From Candidatus Hydrogenedentota bacterium (lineage in GTDB: Bacteria; Hydrogenedentota; Hydrogenedentia; Hydrogenedentales; JAEUWI01), in NCBI GenBank assembly GCA_034669905.1, contig JAXMOL010000010.1:1-64000 (forward strand): a stretch of 64,000 bases of DNA, given 5' to 3'. Below the pieces are notes generated by a model. It was not told the origin of the DNA, did not search any database, and saw nothing but the letters and a program-made list of their open reading frames with translations. How positions within the stretch are numbered: position 1 is the first letter of the stretch; each line of letters opens with the position of its first letter. This document shows positions 8,121-16,988 of the stretch, piece by piece. The position numbers were made by a program, and so were the translations under genes.

Positions 8121-9824
8121 TTACGGCGCGTGGCGATCCAGCTTTTCTTGTACCCCTTCTAAATCGGGATCCAGTCGCCGTGCACGGGCCCACTCTGCCC
8201 GGGCCCGCACCACATCGCCTTTCAGGAGATAGGCATCGCCCAGATGGTCCCGCAATACAGCGTCATCGGAATCCATCGCCAGAATCGCCTGCTGGATGTA
8301 TTGGACGGCCTCATCGGCCCGGCCAAGGCGGTAATAGGTCCAACCGAGGCTATCCATGTAATAGGGATTTTCCGGGTCCGCCTCCAGGGCGCGCCGGAGC
8401 AAATCCTGGGCCTCATCCAATTTAACGCCTTCCTCGGCATAGAGATAGGCCAGGAAATTCAAGATGTCCGGATCGTCAGGGATATAGGTCATATAGGCCT
8501 GCAGATGCCGCTCCGTCTCGGTGAAATGCCCAAGCTCCTCGTGACAAATGGCGAGGTAATAGTGCACCCACTGATCCGGCGGGTAGGCCGCGAGAATCCC
8601 ATCCAGCACGCCTACGGCGTCATTGTGTCGTTCCAGGAGCATGAGAATCCGGGCGCGCACCATATCAAGCACCCGTGACTCCCCCGCGGGGGCCAGCCTG
8701 CTAACGCCCTCCAAAAGCCAGTTCCCCGTATCCGCGTCTCCAAAGAGATACATCAGGTTGTTGAGGTAGAGGCCACACTCGGCATCCAGATCTCCTTCGA
8801 CCGCCTCGAGGGCTTTCCCGATCATGGCGTTCGAATTGCCCGCCTCCTGTTTCGCCAGGGCCTGAAAGATCATATCAAAGTACGGCGCACCCTGGGGCGG
8901 CGACAGGGTTACGAGACCATCGTAACGCTTCGCGCGGAGATGCAGATACATGGATGCGATGTGGTGTTGGGGCTGGGCCTGGTTGGAGCTGAGGATACGT
9001 TGATAGATTGCAATGGCCTGCTCAAAACGTCCGGCCCGGGCCTGGGCACCGGCGAGATTGTCGGCCGCATCCATATCGTTGGGACGGCGCTGCATATAGG
9101 TCCGCAACTGGCCGATGCATTCCTCGACCTGGTTCGTTTCGAGGTAGAGAATCCCGAGCAGATATTGGGCACGCACGAGCTTGGGATTGAGGGCGATGGT
9201 CTTGTTCAGGGCCTCTATGGCGCCCTCTTTGTCGTCAATCCGAATGAGCACAAGGGCCAACTGGTAGTAGAGTCCGGGCGATTCCGGCGTCAGCTCCAGC
9301 AGCCGCTCATAGATTTCGATGGCCGCCGTCAGGTCGTTGCGGGACTCCTGCAGCTCGACCATGGCGCCATATCCCATGACGTTATCCGGGTCGAGGGCAA
9401 TCGCTTTCTCAAAGGCACTCATGGCCTCGTTGAAACGGTCGAAGCGGTGATAGATCTCGCCGAGTACAATATAGAGGTTGGCCTGATCGGGCTGTTGAAC
9501 AACCGCCTTCTCACACATGGCGAGGGCCGCCTCAAAATTCTCTTCGCGAATGTAGGCACGTACGAGCTGAATGGTGGGGGTGACCGCCGTCGGGTCCAGT
9601 TCGGGAACCTTGGCCATCGACTCGAGAGACGCTTCCTTTTTCCCCTGGTTCGCATAGACCACGGCCGTCAGATAGTGGGACATCGCCTGGGCCTGACGCT
9701 CAGCCGTCCGGGCGTGATTCCACCGGGAGGCGCCGCGCTCCACGCCTGCGGCCGGCGTAGAGGAACAACTGCTCATGAGTGTGGCCGCAACCACCACAAC
9801 GGTATATCTGATCGCAGGTTTCAT
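8121..9824 (-). CDS. Tetratricopeptide-repeat lipoprotein
   Basis: Probable start MKPAIRY (9824) with lipobox-like LMSSC; many TPRs; C-terminal LNFLAYLYA...YYMDSLGWTYYRLG...DHLGDAY pattern of the PA4667-like TPR family. Confidence 0.85.
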   Translation of the reverse strand: MKPAIRYTVVVVAATLMSSCSSTPAAGVERGASRWNHARTAERQAQAMSHYLTAVVYANQGKKEASLESMAKVPELDPTAVTPTIQLVRAYIREENFEAALAMCEKAVVQQPDQANLYIVLGEIYHRFDRFNEAMSAFEKAIALDPDNVMGYGAMVELQESRNDLTAAIEIYERLLELTPESPGLYYQLALVLIRIDDKEGAIEALNKTIALNPKLVRAQYLLGILYLETNQVEECIGQLRTYMQRRPNDMDAADNLAGAQARAGRFEQAIAIYQRILSSNQAQPQHHIASMYLHLRAKRYDGLVTLSPPQGAPYFDMIFQALAKQEAGNSNAMIGKALEAVEGDLDAECGLYLNNLMYLFGDADTGNWLLEGVSRLAPAGESRVLDMVRARILMLLERHNDAVGVLDGILAAYPPDQWVHYYLAICHEELGHFTETERHLQAYMTYIPDDPDILNFLAYLYAEEGVKLDEAQDLLRRALEADPENPYYMDSLGWTYYRLGRADEAVQYIQQAILAMDSDDAVLRDHLGDAYLLKGDVVRARAEWARARRLDPDLEGVQEKLDRHAP

Positions 9825-9859
9825 ATTGTCACGGATCCTTCCGGGTCTCAATCTGCCGA

Positions 9860-10645
9860 CTACTCAAACAATTCACCGGTCTCCGGCAATTGGCTCAAGG
9901 GCGCGAAGCTCATTCGATGAATGGGACACGGGCCATGGGTTTCGATGGCCTCCAAGTGGGCCCGCGTTCCATACCCCTTGTGTGCTGCAAAACCATAGGC
10001 CGGGTAGGCTTCATCATATTCAAGCATCATGCGATCACGGGTCACTTTGGCAATCACACTCGCTGCCGCGATGGACTGGGACCGACTATCGCCTTTGACT
10101 ATTCGTTCTTGTGGCGCACGGAGACCGGGCACCCGAAACCCATCGACCAACACGTAGTCCGGGGCCGACGTCAACCCGTCAATGGCCTGGGCCATCGCCT
10201 GGTAATTCGCCTGTTGAATCCCATATTGATCAATCGTGGCGGCGGGCACGATGGCCACCCCAATGGAGTGACCACCCTCCATGAGCGTCTCATAGAAGCG
10301 TTCTCGCTGCTCCCATGTTAGCTGCTTTGAATCATTAATTCCAGTCACAGGCGATCGGAGAATAACGGCAGCAGCCACCACCGGACCGGCCAGTGGCCCC
10401 CGTCCGGCCTCGTCCACGCCGGCCACATGCTGAAATCCCTGCGCCTGGGCGGCCCGCTCGAATTGCAGCATCCGTCCCTGCTGCGCTTCTGCGGCTTGCG
10501 CCCGGGCCAGGCGACGTTCCAGGCGCTGCAACAGGGCCTGGGCCCCTTTGCGGGCGTCGGCGACGAGTTCGCTACGCAGACGGGTCGCCGGCAAGGGGGT
10601 TTCCGATACGGCTTTGGCGAGATCACCTAAGGATCGTGGCTTCAT
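9860..10645 (-). CDS. rnhB: Ribonuclease HII
   Basis: AGVDEAGRGPLAGPVVAAAV, DSKQL, VKGD.RSQSIAAASVIAKVTRD, HKGYGT; probable start ATG 10645. Confidence 0.96.
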   Translation of the reverse strand: MKPRSLGDLAKAVSETPLPATRLRSELVADARKGAQALLQRLERRLARAQAAEAQQGRMLQFERAAQAQGFQHVAGVDEAGRGPLAGPVVAAAVILRSPVTGINDSKQLTWEQRERFYETLMEGGHSIGVAIVPAATIDQYGIQQANYQAMAQAIDGLTSAPDYVLVDGFRVPGLRAPQERIVKGDSRSQSIAAASVIAKVTRDRMMLEYDEAYPAYGFAAHKGYGTRAHLEAIETHGPCPIHRMSFAPLSQLPETGELFE

Positions 10646-10761
10646 CGCAGTCACTCCTGGCGGCGGGCCGACAGAAGCAGGCCGACCCGATGAAAACGCA
10701 GAAAAGCGGGTGGAAAAAGCTTCCACCCGCTCATAGACTCGCAATCATATTGGCGATATTG

Positions 10762-11127
10762 TTACTTGGACGCGCTACGCAGCTTGGCCTTTACGCGGGC
10801 CGCTTTACCCACACGATCGCGGAGGTAGTAAAGCTTGGCACGACGGACCTGGCCTTCGCGGCTGACTTCCACCTTCTCCACGCGGGGTGAATGGAGGGGG
10901 AATACGCGCTCGACGCCTTCGTTGAAGGCGACGCGACGCACGGTGAAGGTGGCGTTGGCACTTTCAGCGTTCTTGCGGGCAATGACCACGCCTTCGAAGA
11001 CCTGAATACGTTCCTTTTCACCTTCTACAATGCGAAAGTGTACCCGGACCGTATCACCCACGTTAAACTTGGGGATATTCTCGGCGGGCTTCATTTGCTG
11101 TTGGCTAACTAAATCTACGAGGTTCAT
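10762..11127 (-). CDS. rplS: 50S ribosomal protein L19
   Basis: [56 protein letters not shown] 11127 after GGAG. Confidence 0.98.
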   Translation of the reverse strand: MNLVDLVSQQQMKPAENIPKFNVGDTVRVHFRIVEGEKERIQVFEGVVIARKNAESANATFTVRRVAFNEGVERVFPLHSPRVEKVEVSREGQVRRAKLYYLRDRVGKAARVKAKLRSASK

Positions 11128-11129
11128 GG

Positions 11130-11876
11130 CTATTTCTCCCTCTCCGAAATCGGAGTTTCTTGCTCGATTTCGGCGAGCAGTTCTTTCTCTTCTGAATCTA
11201 AATCCACCAGTAAATCGGGGCGGCGCGTCCGGGTCGCCCGGAGGGCTTCCTTCCGTCGCCACCGTTCTATGGCGGCGTGATTTCCTTCTCGCAAAACATC
11301 CGGTACGGCCAAATCCCGGAATACCGGGGGCCGTGTATATTGGGGTGGCCCGAGTCGGCCAGCGAAGAAGGAATCCGTCTCCACCGATTCCCAGTCACCG
11401 ATTACACCCGGAATCATCCGGCTGATCGCTTCTACCAGTACCAGGGCGGGCACTTCCCCACCACTGAGCACATAGTCACCGATGGAGATTTCTTCCGTAA
11501 CGAGGGTATCGGAAATACGCTCATCCATACCCTCATAACGGGCACAAAGAAGAACCAAATCGGGGGCTGCAGCCAGTTCACGCACTTTCTGCTGGGTCAA
11601 TCGCTGCCCCCGGGGGGACAGGAGAATAACCCGCTCCAATGAATTTTGCGATTTTAAACTCTCAACGGCGGCGAAGATGGGTTCACACTTCATGACCATT
11701 CCTGCGCCACCACCATAAGGACTGTCGTCGACACTACAATGTTTGTCCGACGCGAAATCCCGGATATTGGTTAATGCTACCTCAAGCCGACCTTCGGCCC
11801 GGGCTTTGCCCAAAAGACTGGTTTCCAAGGGACCCGCCAGCATTTCCGGAAAAATGGAGAGGATATCTATGCGCAT
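11130..11876 (-). CDS. trmD: tRNA (guanine-N1)-methyltransferase
   Basis: [44 protein letters not shown]. Confidence 0.97.
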   Translation of the reverse strand: MRIDILSIFPEMLAGPLETSLLGKARAEGRLEVALTNIRDFASDKHCSVDDSPYGGGAGMVMKCEPIFAAVESLKSQNSLERVILLSPRGQRLTQQKVRELAAAPDLVLLCARYEGMDERISDTLVTEEISIGDYVLSGGEVPALVLVEAISRMIPGVIGDWESVETDSFFAGRLGPPQYTRPPVFRDLAVPDVLREGNHAAIERWRRKEALRATRTRRPDLLVDLDSEEKELLAEIEQETPISEREK

Positions 11877-11894
11877 GCTCCGTCTCCCGGATGG

Positions 11895-12416
11895 CTATAC
11901 TTCCACGACGTAGGGGGCAATATCACCCACTTCCAGGGTGCCTCCCGCCACGTCGACGGACATGATTACTTCCTCGATGACCGGCAGAATACAGCGCCCG
12001 CCATCGCATTGGTCCACGGCAAACGCATCGTTTGCCGGGCCTTCAAATACTTCAACTATGGTTCCCAACGGTTTACCCGTCGGGAGCATTACTTTCAAAC
12101 CAAGTATATCGTTAAGCCGGACGCTGCTACCGGGCTTCGGCGGCATCTCTTCCGGCGGTATCATCACCCGTGCGCCCCGAAGGGTACCTATCACGTCCCG
12201 GGAAACGCCGGGACTCAAGGCCACAATCAGGACATCACCATCGGGACGGGTCCGCAGCACCTTACAGCGTGCCCCATCCACGCCCCCCTGTCGAAACCGA
12301 ATCCAACCCAAGTCCGTAAAGACATATTCGCGACCTGCCACGGGCACCACGCGCACTTCGCGTTGCCGGGCGTTGGCCGAACGAACACGTCCCACTTCTA
12401 ACCAGGATTCGGTCAT
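11895..12416 (-). CDS. rimM: 16S rRNA processing protein RimM
   Basis: Position between khpA and trmD; PRC-barrel C-terminus DILGLKV...LGTIVEVFEGPAND...ILPVIEEVI. Confidence 0.85.
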   Translation of the reverse strand: MTESWLEVGRVRSANARQREVRVVPVAGREYVFTDLGWIRFRQGGVDGARCKVLRTRPDGDVLIVALSPGVSRDVIGTLRGARVMIPPEEMPPKPGSSVRLNDILGLKVMLPTGKPLGTIVEVFEGPANDAFAVDQCDGGRCILPVIEEVIMSVDVAGGTLEVGDIAPYVVEV

Positions 12417-12436
12417 AACGGAGGACAGCTCGTCGA

Positions 12437-12667
12437 TTACTCGACGATCTCCAGGTTGGCATAGACTTTGGCTTTCGCCGCAGCCGAACTCACCAGGGTG
12501 CGAATGGCCTTTGCGGTGCGACCGCTCTTGCCAATGATTCGCCCCATGTCTTCCGGATTTACCTGAAGCTCGTAGTTCTGACCGTCTTCACCTTCAATGA
12601 CGCGCACCTGGACATCTTCCGGGTGTTCGACCATCTTCTTAGCGATAAACTCGATGAGATCTTTCAC
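12437..12667 (-). CDS. khpA: KH-domain RNA-binding protein
   Basis: 76 aa; LQVNPEDMGRIIGKSGRTAKAIRTLV; conserved position after rpsP. Confidence 0.93.
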   Translation of the reverse strand: MKDLIEFIAKKMVEHPEDVQVRVIEGEDGQNYELQVNPEDMGRIIGKSGRTAKAIRTLVSSAAAKAKVYANLEIVE

Positions 12668-12673
12668 GAATGA

Positions 12674-13105
12674 TTATTCCGTCGTTTCTTCGGCGGCGGC
12701 TTCGGCAGGTGCCTCTTCCGTGCTGGCTTCCTCGGCAGGCGCTTCTTCAGCAGGCGCTTCTTCCTTGGGAGCCGGCGCCGCGTTGAAACCCTTGTCGACA
12801 ACGACACCATCGGTCTTCGTCGCTACGGCTTCTTCGGGCTGCGTGCCTTCTGCGAAATGCTTCATTACGCCGAGCTTGCGCAAGATGCTCTTGGCCGTGT
12901 CGGAGGGCTGGGCCCCCTTGTTCAACCAATCCAGCGTCTTGTGTACGTCCACTTCCGAGACCGGCTCGGGGCGGGCGCAGGGATGATAAACGCCAAGATT
13001 GTCAATTTCGGGACCGCGGTCCCGGTTGCGGGAGTCGATAACCACAATGCGGTAATAGGGATTGTGGGTGCGGCCACCCCGGCGCAAACGAATTGCTGTT
13101 GCCAT
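12674..13105 (-). CDS. rpsP: 30S ribosomal protein S16 with acidic C-terminal extension
   Basis: IRLRRGG..NPYYRIVVIDSR..R.G..IDNLGVYHP, WLNKGAQPSDTA; ATG 13105 after GAGG. Confidence 0.96.
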   Translation of the reverse strand: MATAIRLRRGGRTHNPYYRIVVIDSRNRDRGPEIDNLGVYHPCARPEPVSEVDVHKTLDWLNKGAQPSDTAKSILRKLGVMKHFAEGTQPEEAVATKTDGVVVDKGFNAAPAPKEEAPAEEAPAEEASTEEAPAEAAAEETTE

Positions 13106-13215
13106 GATATTCCTCTTTGTTTGGATGGGTGCTCCATCCGGGCCCAAAAGCCATGATGTTCTGGTAGCCCTTGGAGAAGCACTACCCCGAAACAGGTATT
13201 TACACTGTATGGATA

Positions 13216-14565
13216 CTAACGAATGCCCCGTGGACCGGCACCGGCACCACGTGGGCGACGGCCACCTTTCATAAGGCGCTTCATCATTTTCTTCATTTTC
13301 TCAAAGTCTTTCAGCAGGCGGTTCACTTCCTGCACCGACGTGCCACTACCGGCCGCAATGCGACGACGGCGGCTGCCGTTAATAATCTTTGGACGATGCC
13401 GTTCTTTCGGCGTCATCGAAAGGATAATCGCTTCCGTATATTTCAGCTCTTCTTCGGCCGCCTCGTTCATGGAATCCATGTCGGGGCCCAGCATCTTGCC
13501 CATGCCCGGGATCTTCTTCATCAGATCCCCCATGGAGCCCATCTTCTTCACCTGCCGCATCTGCGCGAGGAAATCTTCCAGATCCAGATCGCCTTTTTTG
13601 ACCTTTTTCTGGAACTTGACCGCCTCTTCCTTGTCCACCACCTCCTGGGCTTTCTCCACGAGGGAGACGATATCGCCCATGCCCAGAATCTGGTCCGCCA
13701 TCCGACGGGGGTGGAAGGTGTCTAAGGCATCAAGTTTTTCGCCCACACCCACAAACTTGATGGGACAACCCGTCACTTCGATAAGGCTGATGGCCGCACC
13801 ACCGCGGGCGTCACCATCCATCTGCGTGAGAATTACGCCCGTAAGCGGAAGGGCCGCGTTGAACTGCTTGGCCGAATTGACGGCATCCTGACCGGTCATC
13901 GCATTGGCGACGAAGAGCACTTCGTGGGGCTGAACTTGCGCATGAATACGGCGCAATTCTTCCATCATCGTGTCATCGACGTGCAGGCGACCTGCCGTAT
14001 CGAGAATAATCACATCGCAGCCGCGCATCTGCGCTTCGCCGCGGGCCATGACGCACGTATCCACCGGATTGGCGTTCTCGCCGAGGCTGAAGGACTGCAC
14101 GCCCGCCTGCTCGGCCACTACTTCCAGCTGCTTGATAGCGGCAGGACGGTAGACGTCCGCACCTACCAACAAGGGACTACGGCCCTTTTTCTTCAGCTGG
14201 AGGGCCAACTTACCAGAAGTGGTCGTCTTACCCTGTCCCTGAAGACCCACCATCATGATAATGGTCGGAGGCTTGTCGGCCACATTCAGGGGGACGCTCT
14301 TGGCACCCATGATGTCAATCAGGGCATCGTGGACAATTTTTACGATTTGCTGGCCGGGGGAAACGCTGTCGAGCACTTTCTCGCCGTCGGCCGTCTTCTG
14401 AACGTCTTCAATAAACTTCTTGACGACAGAGATATTGACGTCCGCTTCCAGCAGGGCCAGTCGGATTTCTTTCAGCGCATCCTTCATATTCGCTTCGGTC
14501 AGGCGACCCTGACCACGAATATTTTTGAAGGCGGACTCTAATTTTTTGGAAAGATTCTCAAACAT
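13216..14565 (-). CDS. ffh: Signal recognition particle protein
   Basis: ALLEADV, GLQGQGKTTTSGKLA, DTAGRL, DGDARGGAA, Met-rich M domain, SRRRRIAAGSG. Confidence 0.98.
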   Translation of the reverse strand: MFENLSKKLESAFKNIRGQGRLTEANMKDALKEIRLALLEADVNISVVKKFIEDVQKTADGEKVLDSVSPGQQIVKIVHDALIDIMGAKSVPLNVADKPPTIIMMVGLQGQGKTTTSGKLALQLKKKGRSPLLVGADVYRPAAIKQLEVVAEQAGVQSFSLGENANPVDTCVMARGEAQMRGCDVIILDTAGRLHVDDTMMEELRRIHAQVQPHEVLFVANAMTGQDAVNSAKQFNAALPLTGVILTQMDGDARGGAAISLIEVTGCPIKFVGVGEKLDALDTFHPRRMADQILGMGDIVSLVEKAQEVVDKEEAVKFQKKVKKGDLDLEDFLAQMRQVKKMGSMGDLMKKIPGMGKMLGPDMDSMNEAAEEELKYTEAIILSMTPKERHRPKIINGSRRRRIAAGSGTSVQEVNRLLKDFEKMKKMMKRLMKGGRRPRGAGAGPRGIR

Positions 14566-14594
14566 ATCGCCAAATCACTACGCACTACCGGGCC

Positions 14595-15200
14595 TCAGCC
14601 CAGAATCGCGTGCCGCCCTCCGCGGGAGTCGGTATCGGTGTCGTCCTTACCCAAATACCGGATAAGTCGATCCACCTGTTCTCCATTGATGCCCGCATCG
14701 TGGCGGTCGCTCATCTGCATTGTCCGGCATGCGCTAAATCGCGTGCGACGGCCCAAAACCGCGCCGGGCAACAGGGGACGCTCACTGGTCAGCCCCATTG
14801 CATTGCGCAGGCGACCGAGAGAAGCCCGATTGGACCCTATCAGACGATTGTCCAATTCTTTTACGTCCCACCGGCCCTGTTCACTTGCGTCGTGCACGCC
14901 GGGAATCATATCTGACCACGCCGCGTAGGCATCGGCCACCCGGCCCAAACCGGGCGTCTCTTCCAGAAGAGCACTTAATTCTTCGGCCAGGTGCGCACCC
15001 GACATGGGCTTAGACTGCCCCACCCGGTCAAAGACCAGGTTCAGAAACTGCTGTACGCACGACTCACCCACTTCCGCTTCACGGAGGCAATGCTTCAAGG
15101 CCGCCAACGAGGCACCCAGCGTCGCCATGGAAACCCTTTCCGTGACGCGCAGCTCCGCCAGAATCAGATTGATGCGGTTATGGAAGGCATGGTCAAACAT
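14595..15200 (-). CDS. Hypothetical protein upstream of ffh
   Basis: 201-aa ORF co-oriented with ffh, ending about 30 nt before it; no family recognised. Confidence 0.55.
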   Translation of the reverse strand: MFDHAFHNRINLILAELRVTERVSMATLGASLAALKHCLREAEVGESCVQQFLNLVFDRVGQSKPMSGAHLAEELSALLEETPGLGRVADAYAAWSDMIPGVHDASEQGRWDVKELDNRLIGSNRASLGRLRNAMGLTSERPLLPGAVLGRRTRFSACRTMQMSDRHDAGINGEQVDRLIRYLGKDDTDTDSRGGRHAILG

Positions 15201-15494
15201 AATAATGCGCTACAGAATTCCTGTGGTAAAAGACGAAATCTACGTATTCTTTCAGGGGACAGATCACACCTGTGACCGGTCGGGAAGTTTAGCACACTGT
15301 CACGGCAGGGTGCAACCACCAGTACGGCAGGGAAAAGCGACGTCGTATTCCCACAGGCTCCCGTATCGATGACGGCCCAGCCGGCCCAATCCCAAGTGGG
15401 CTAACTAGGGGTATAATAACAACTTGCACCCTCCGGACGCTACACGCTAGCATGGGGGGCGAATAAAATAGCTGTTGAGGGGTATTTCAGGTAC

Positions 15495-16079
15495 ATGATA
15501 GAGCAAACGACATACGACGAGCGGGAGATAATCTCCGCGGCCGCCCTGGGCGACCGGCGCGCTTTCGGCACCCTGGTGCGGTTGTACCAGCGACGGGCCT
15601 ACGCAGCCGCCTACACCCTCGTAGGCAATCGGGATGATGCCCTCGAACTTTCGCAGGATGCCTTTGTGAAAGCGTTCCGCGCTATGAAACGCTTTGATGT
15701 CAACATGCCCTTCTACCCCTGGCTCCATCGAATCATCCGCAATACGAGCCTGAACCACCTGAAGAAGAAAAAGCGGCGGGGAGAATCGTCGCTCGACTCC
15801 ATGATGGAAAGTGGCTTTGACGCGCGCGATCCCAAGCGCACCCCCCTGGACATGGCCAATCGCTCGGAACTGGCACTGCATATTGAGCATGCCATGAGCC
15901 AGCTCACGGCCGATCAGCAGGAAATTCTGCGACTCCGCCACTTCATGGAATTGTCCTACGGTGAAATTGCCGCCTCCCTGGAAATCCCCCAGGGCACGGT
16001 AATGTCGCGCCTGCACAGCGCCCGAAAAAAATTGCGGTCTATCCTGGAGACCCAAAACCAAGAGGCAGCCCCCGTTTAG
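15495..16079 (+). CDS. ECF (sigma70 group 4) RNA polymerase sigma factor
   Basis: GDRRAFGTLV..YQ, DALELSQDAFVKAF, FYPWLHRIIRN, LSYGEIAASLEIPQGTVMSRLHSARKKLR. Confidence 0.95.
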   Translation: MIEQTTYDEREIISAAALGDRRAFGTLVRLYQRRAYAAAYTLVGNRDDALELSQDAFVKAFRAMKRFDVNMPFYPWLHRIIRNTSLNHLKKKKRRGESSLDSMMESGFDARDPKRTPLDMANRSELALHIEHAMSQLTADQQEILRLRHFMELSYGEIAASLEIPQGTVMSRLHSARKKLRSILETQNQEAAPV

Positions 16080-16206
16080 TCATGTCTACCCGCCCACTGC
16101 TGTACAACGGCCCCGACCCCTCCTTAGCCGGCACGCGACGTCCAGTCGCCCCTCATTACCTGGCCGTGCTTTTCATGGTGCCGCGCGCCGGGAAAGGAGC
16201 AACATC

Positions 16207-16653
16207 ATGAACCGATGCGAAGAACATTATCGGGTTCTGATTTCCGGTTTGCTCGACGGAGAACTCGATGCAGATCAACAGGCCGAATTGGATGAGCACC
16301 TGATTGGCTGTCGCGACTGCCAACGAGAATTGAATTCCCTCCGCACGCTCTTTGTCGGAACCGCCGATGCATTTGGCGGCGCCACCGTACCCCGGGAGAC
16401 CTGGGACCACTTCCTGGATGATGTTTATAATCGTATGGAACGACGTACGGGGTGGACACTGGTGATTGCCGGTGGCATACTGCTCACCGCATTCGGCACC
16501 TACGCCTTCCTCATGGAACCCTGGGGCTCGGCGCTGGTGAAGACGCTGATCGCCACGCCCATCACCGGCCTGGCCATACTCTTTATTTCCGTGTTGCGCC
16601 AGCGCCTGGAAGATGCCAAAACCGACCGCTACTCCAAGGAGGTCCACCGTTGA
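16207..16653 (+). CDS. Zinc-finger (ZAS, zf-HC2) anti-sigma factor with two TM helices
   Basis: LISGLLDGELD...HLIGCRDC (HxxxCxxC); directly downstream of the ECF sigma; AGGAG RBS. Confidence 0.9.
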   Translation: MNRCEEHYRVLISGLLDGELDADQQAELDEHLIGCRDCQRELNSLRTLFVGTADAFGGATVPRETWDHFLDDVYNRMERRTGWTLVIAGGILLTAFGTYAFLMEPWGSALVKTLIATPITGLAILFISVLRQRLEDAKTDRYSKEVHR

Positions 16654-16988
16654 TTATCACGACTACACCCGATATCCCCGACAAGCGCATTGTGAAGACG
16701 ATCGGGATGGTGCGGGGCAGCACGGTCCGCGGGAAACACCTGGGCGATGATGTTCTGGCCTTTTTCCGCAACCTGGTGGGGGGCGAGATCTCCGAATACT
16801 CCAAGATGCTGGCGGAATCCCGGGAACAGGCGCTGGACCGTATGATGTCGGCCGCCGAGCAACTGGGGGCCAACGCCATCGTGGCCGCTCGTTACAGCAC
16901 CTCCAGCATCACGTCGGGCGCCGCTGAGATCCTTATCTACGGCACCGCCGTGGTCGTGGAGGAACTCGAGAAAGACGAGGGGAATTAA
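16650..16988 (+). CDS. YbjQ/UPF0145 family protein
   Basis: TTG at 16650 overlapping the anti-sigma stop, preceded by AAGGAGG; IITTT.DIP..., RNLVGGEISEYSKML.ESREQAL.RM...A..LGANAIV, EILIYGTAV. Confidence 0.9.
   Translation: MIITTTPDIPDKRIVKTIGMVRGSTVRGKHLGDDVLAFFRNLVGGEISEYSKMLAESREQALDRMMSAAEQLGANAIVAARYSTSSITSGAAEILIYGTAVVVEELEKDEGN

Noticed and set aside
15201..15494. SRP RNA (ffs) near ffh
   Set aside because: No CAGG...GGAA...AGCAG domain IV motif on either strand; the 9-bp agggtgcaa/ttgcaccct inverted pair is too short to call.
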